From: a bacterium
Lineage (GTDB): Bacteria > Hinthialibacterota > Hinthialibacteria > Hinthialibacterales > Hinthialibacteraceae
DNA: 64,000 bases
Assembly (NCBI GenBank): GCA_963663405.2
Contig: CAXXSM010000089.1
Coordinates: forward strand, 29,113 to 93,112
Direction: 5' to 3'
Shown here: positions 63,744-64,000 of the stretch, piece by piece
How the letters are laid out: the number at the start of each line of letters is the position of its first letter
Position numbering within the stretch: the stretch's first letter is position 1
Translations under genes and position numbers: made by a program
The notes under the pieces: model-generated
Told to the model about the DNA's origin: nothing
Databases searched by the model: none
Seen by the model: only the letters and a program-made list of their open reading frames with translations

Positions 63744-64000
63744 GTTTTTTACCTCCACTTTTTTCTATATAGGAAAAATTCCATAGGTAAGAAAAAAATT
63801 ACTTGTTAAGCCTTTTTTCCCTGGATTCATCCCAATAGTTCCTTCTCTAAAAAAAATAAATATTGGTAAAAAAGCTTTGAGAGAGGAAATTTTTTTGGGA
63901 GGTTCGCTTTGTGAGATTGGATTTGGAGGGATAAAAAAAGATCAATTTTTTCTAAGAGGACTAATTTTTACAATATATACCCATATAAGGGGACTGAATG

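Larger units (their letters stand above)
59118..64000. mobile_element. Probable integrative element/genomic island at the tRNA-Arg 3' end (continues beyond window)
   Basis: Excisionase gene about 80 bp from the tRNA, tandem 11-bp repeats, atypical cargo; integrase and second att not seen. Confidence 0.6.

Overview
Bacterial chromosomal window, probably from an uncultured heterotroph. The expanded GFTLIELLIVVAIIGILAAIAVPNF...GPD...NG..S.GDI pilin-like family suggests a Sumerlaeota/Hinthialibacterota(OLB16)-like lineage (inference only). The backbone is housekeeping genes (ispH, acnB, folK, ubiE/menG, csaA, truA, argC, queA, gmk, tRNA-Ala, tRNA-Arg) mixed with many secreted glycan/sulfate-active proteins, a ~1800-aa C25 peptidase and four prepilin-type paralogs. 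Accessory inserts are three toxin-antitoxin loci, an AAA_21+DUF4276 pair, an AT-rich SIR2-wHTH-PIN gene, and the edge of a probable island at tRNA-Arg(TCT). The island carries an excisionase and a very divergent GrpE / lidless Hsp70 / HPD-less J-like-TM-PEGA / TPR-lipoprotein operon, which is the best candidate for an undescribed system. Intergenic gaps hold several REP/MITE-like palindrome families, some with nested mini-hairpin inserts. Many genes carry single-base indels, often in homopolymers, most likely long-read consensus errors; I merged those genes by hand, so their coordinates are approximate. All domain calls are motif recognition by eye, with no database searches.
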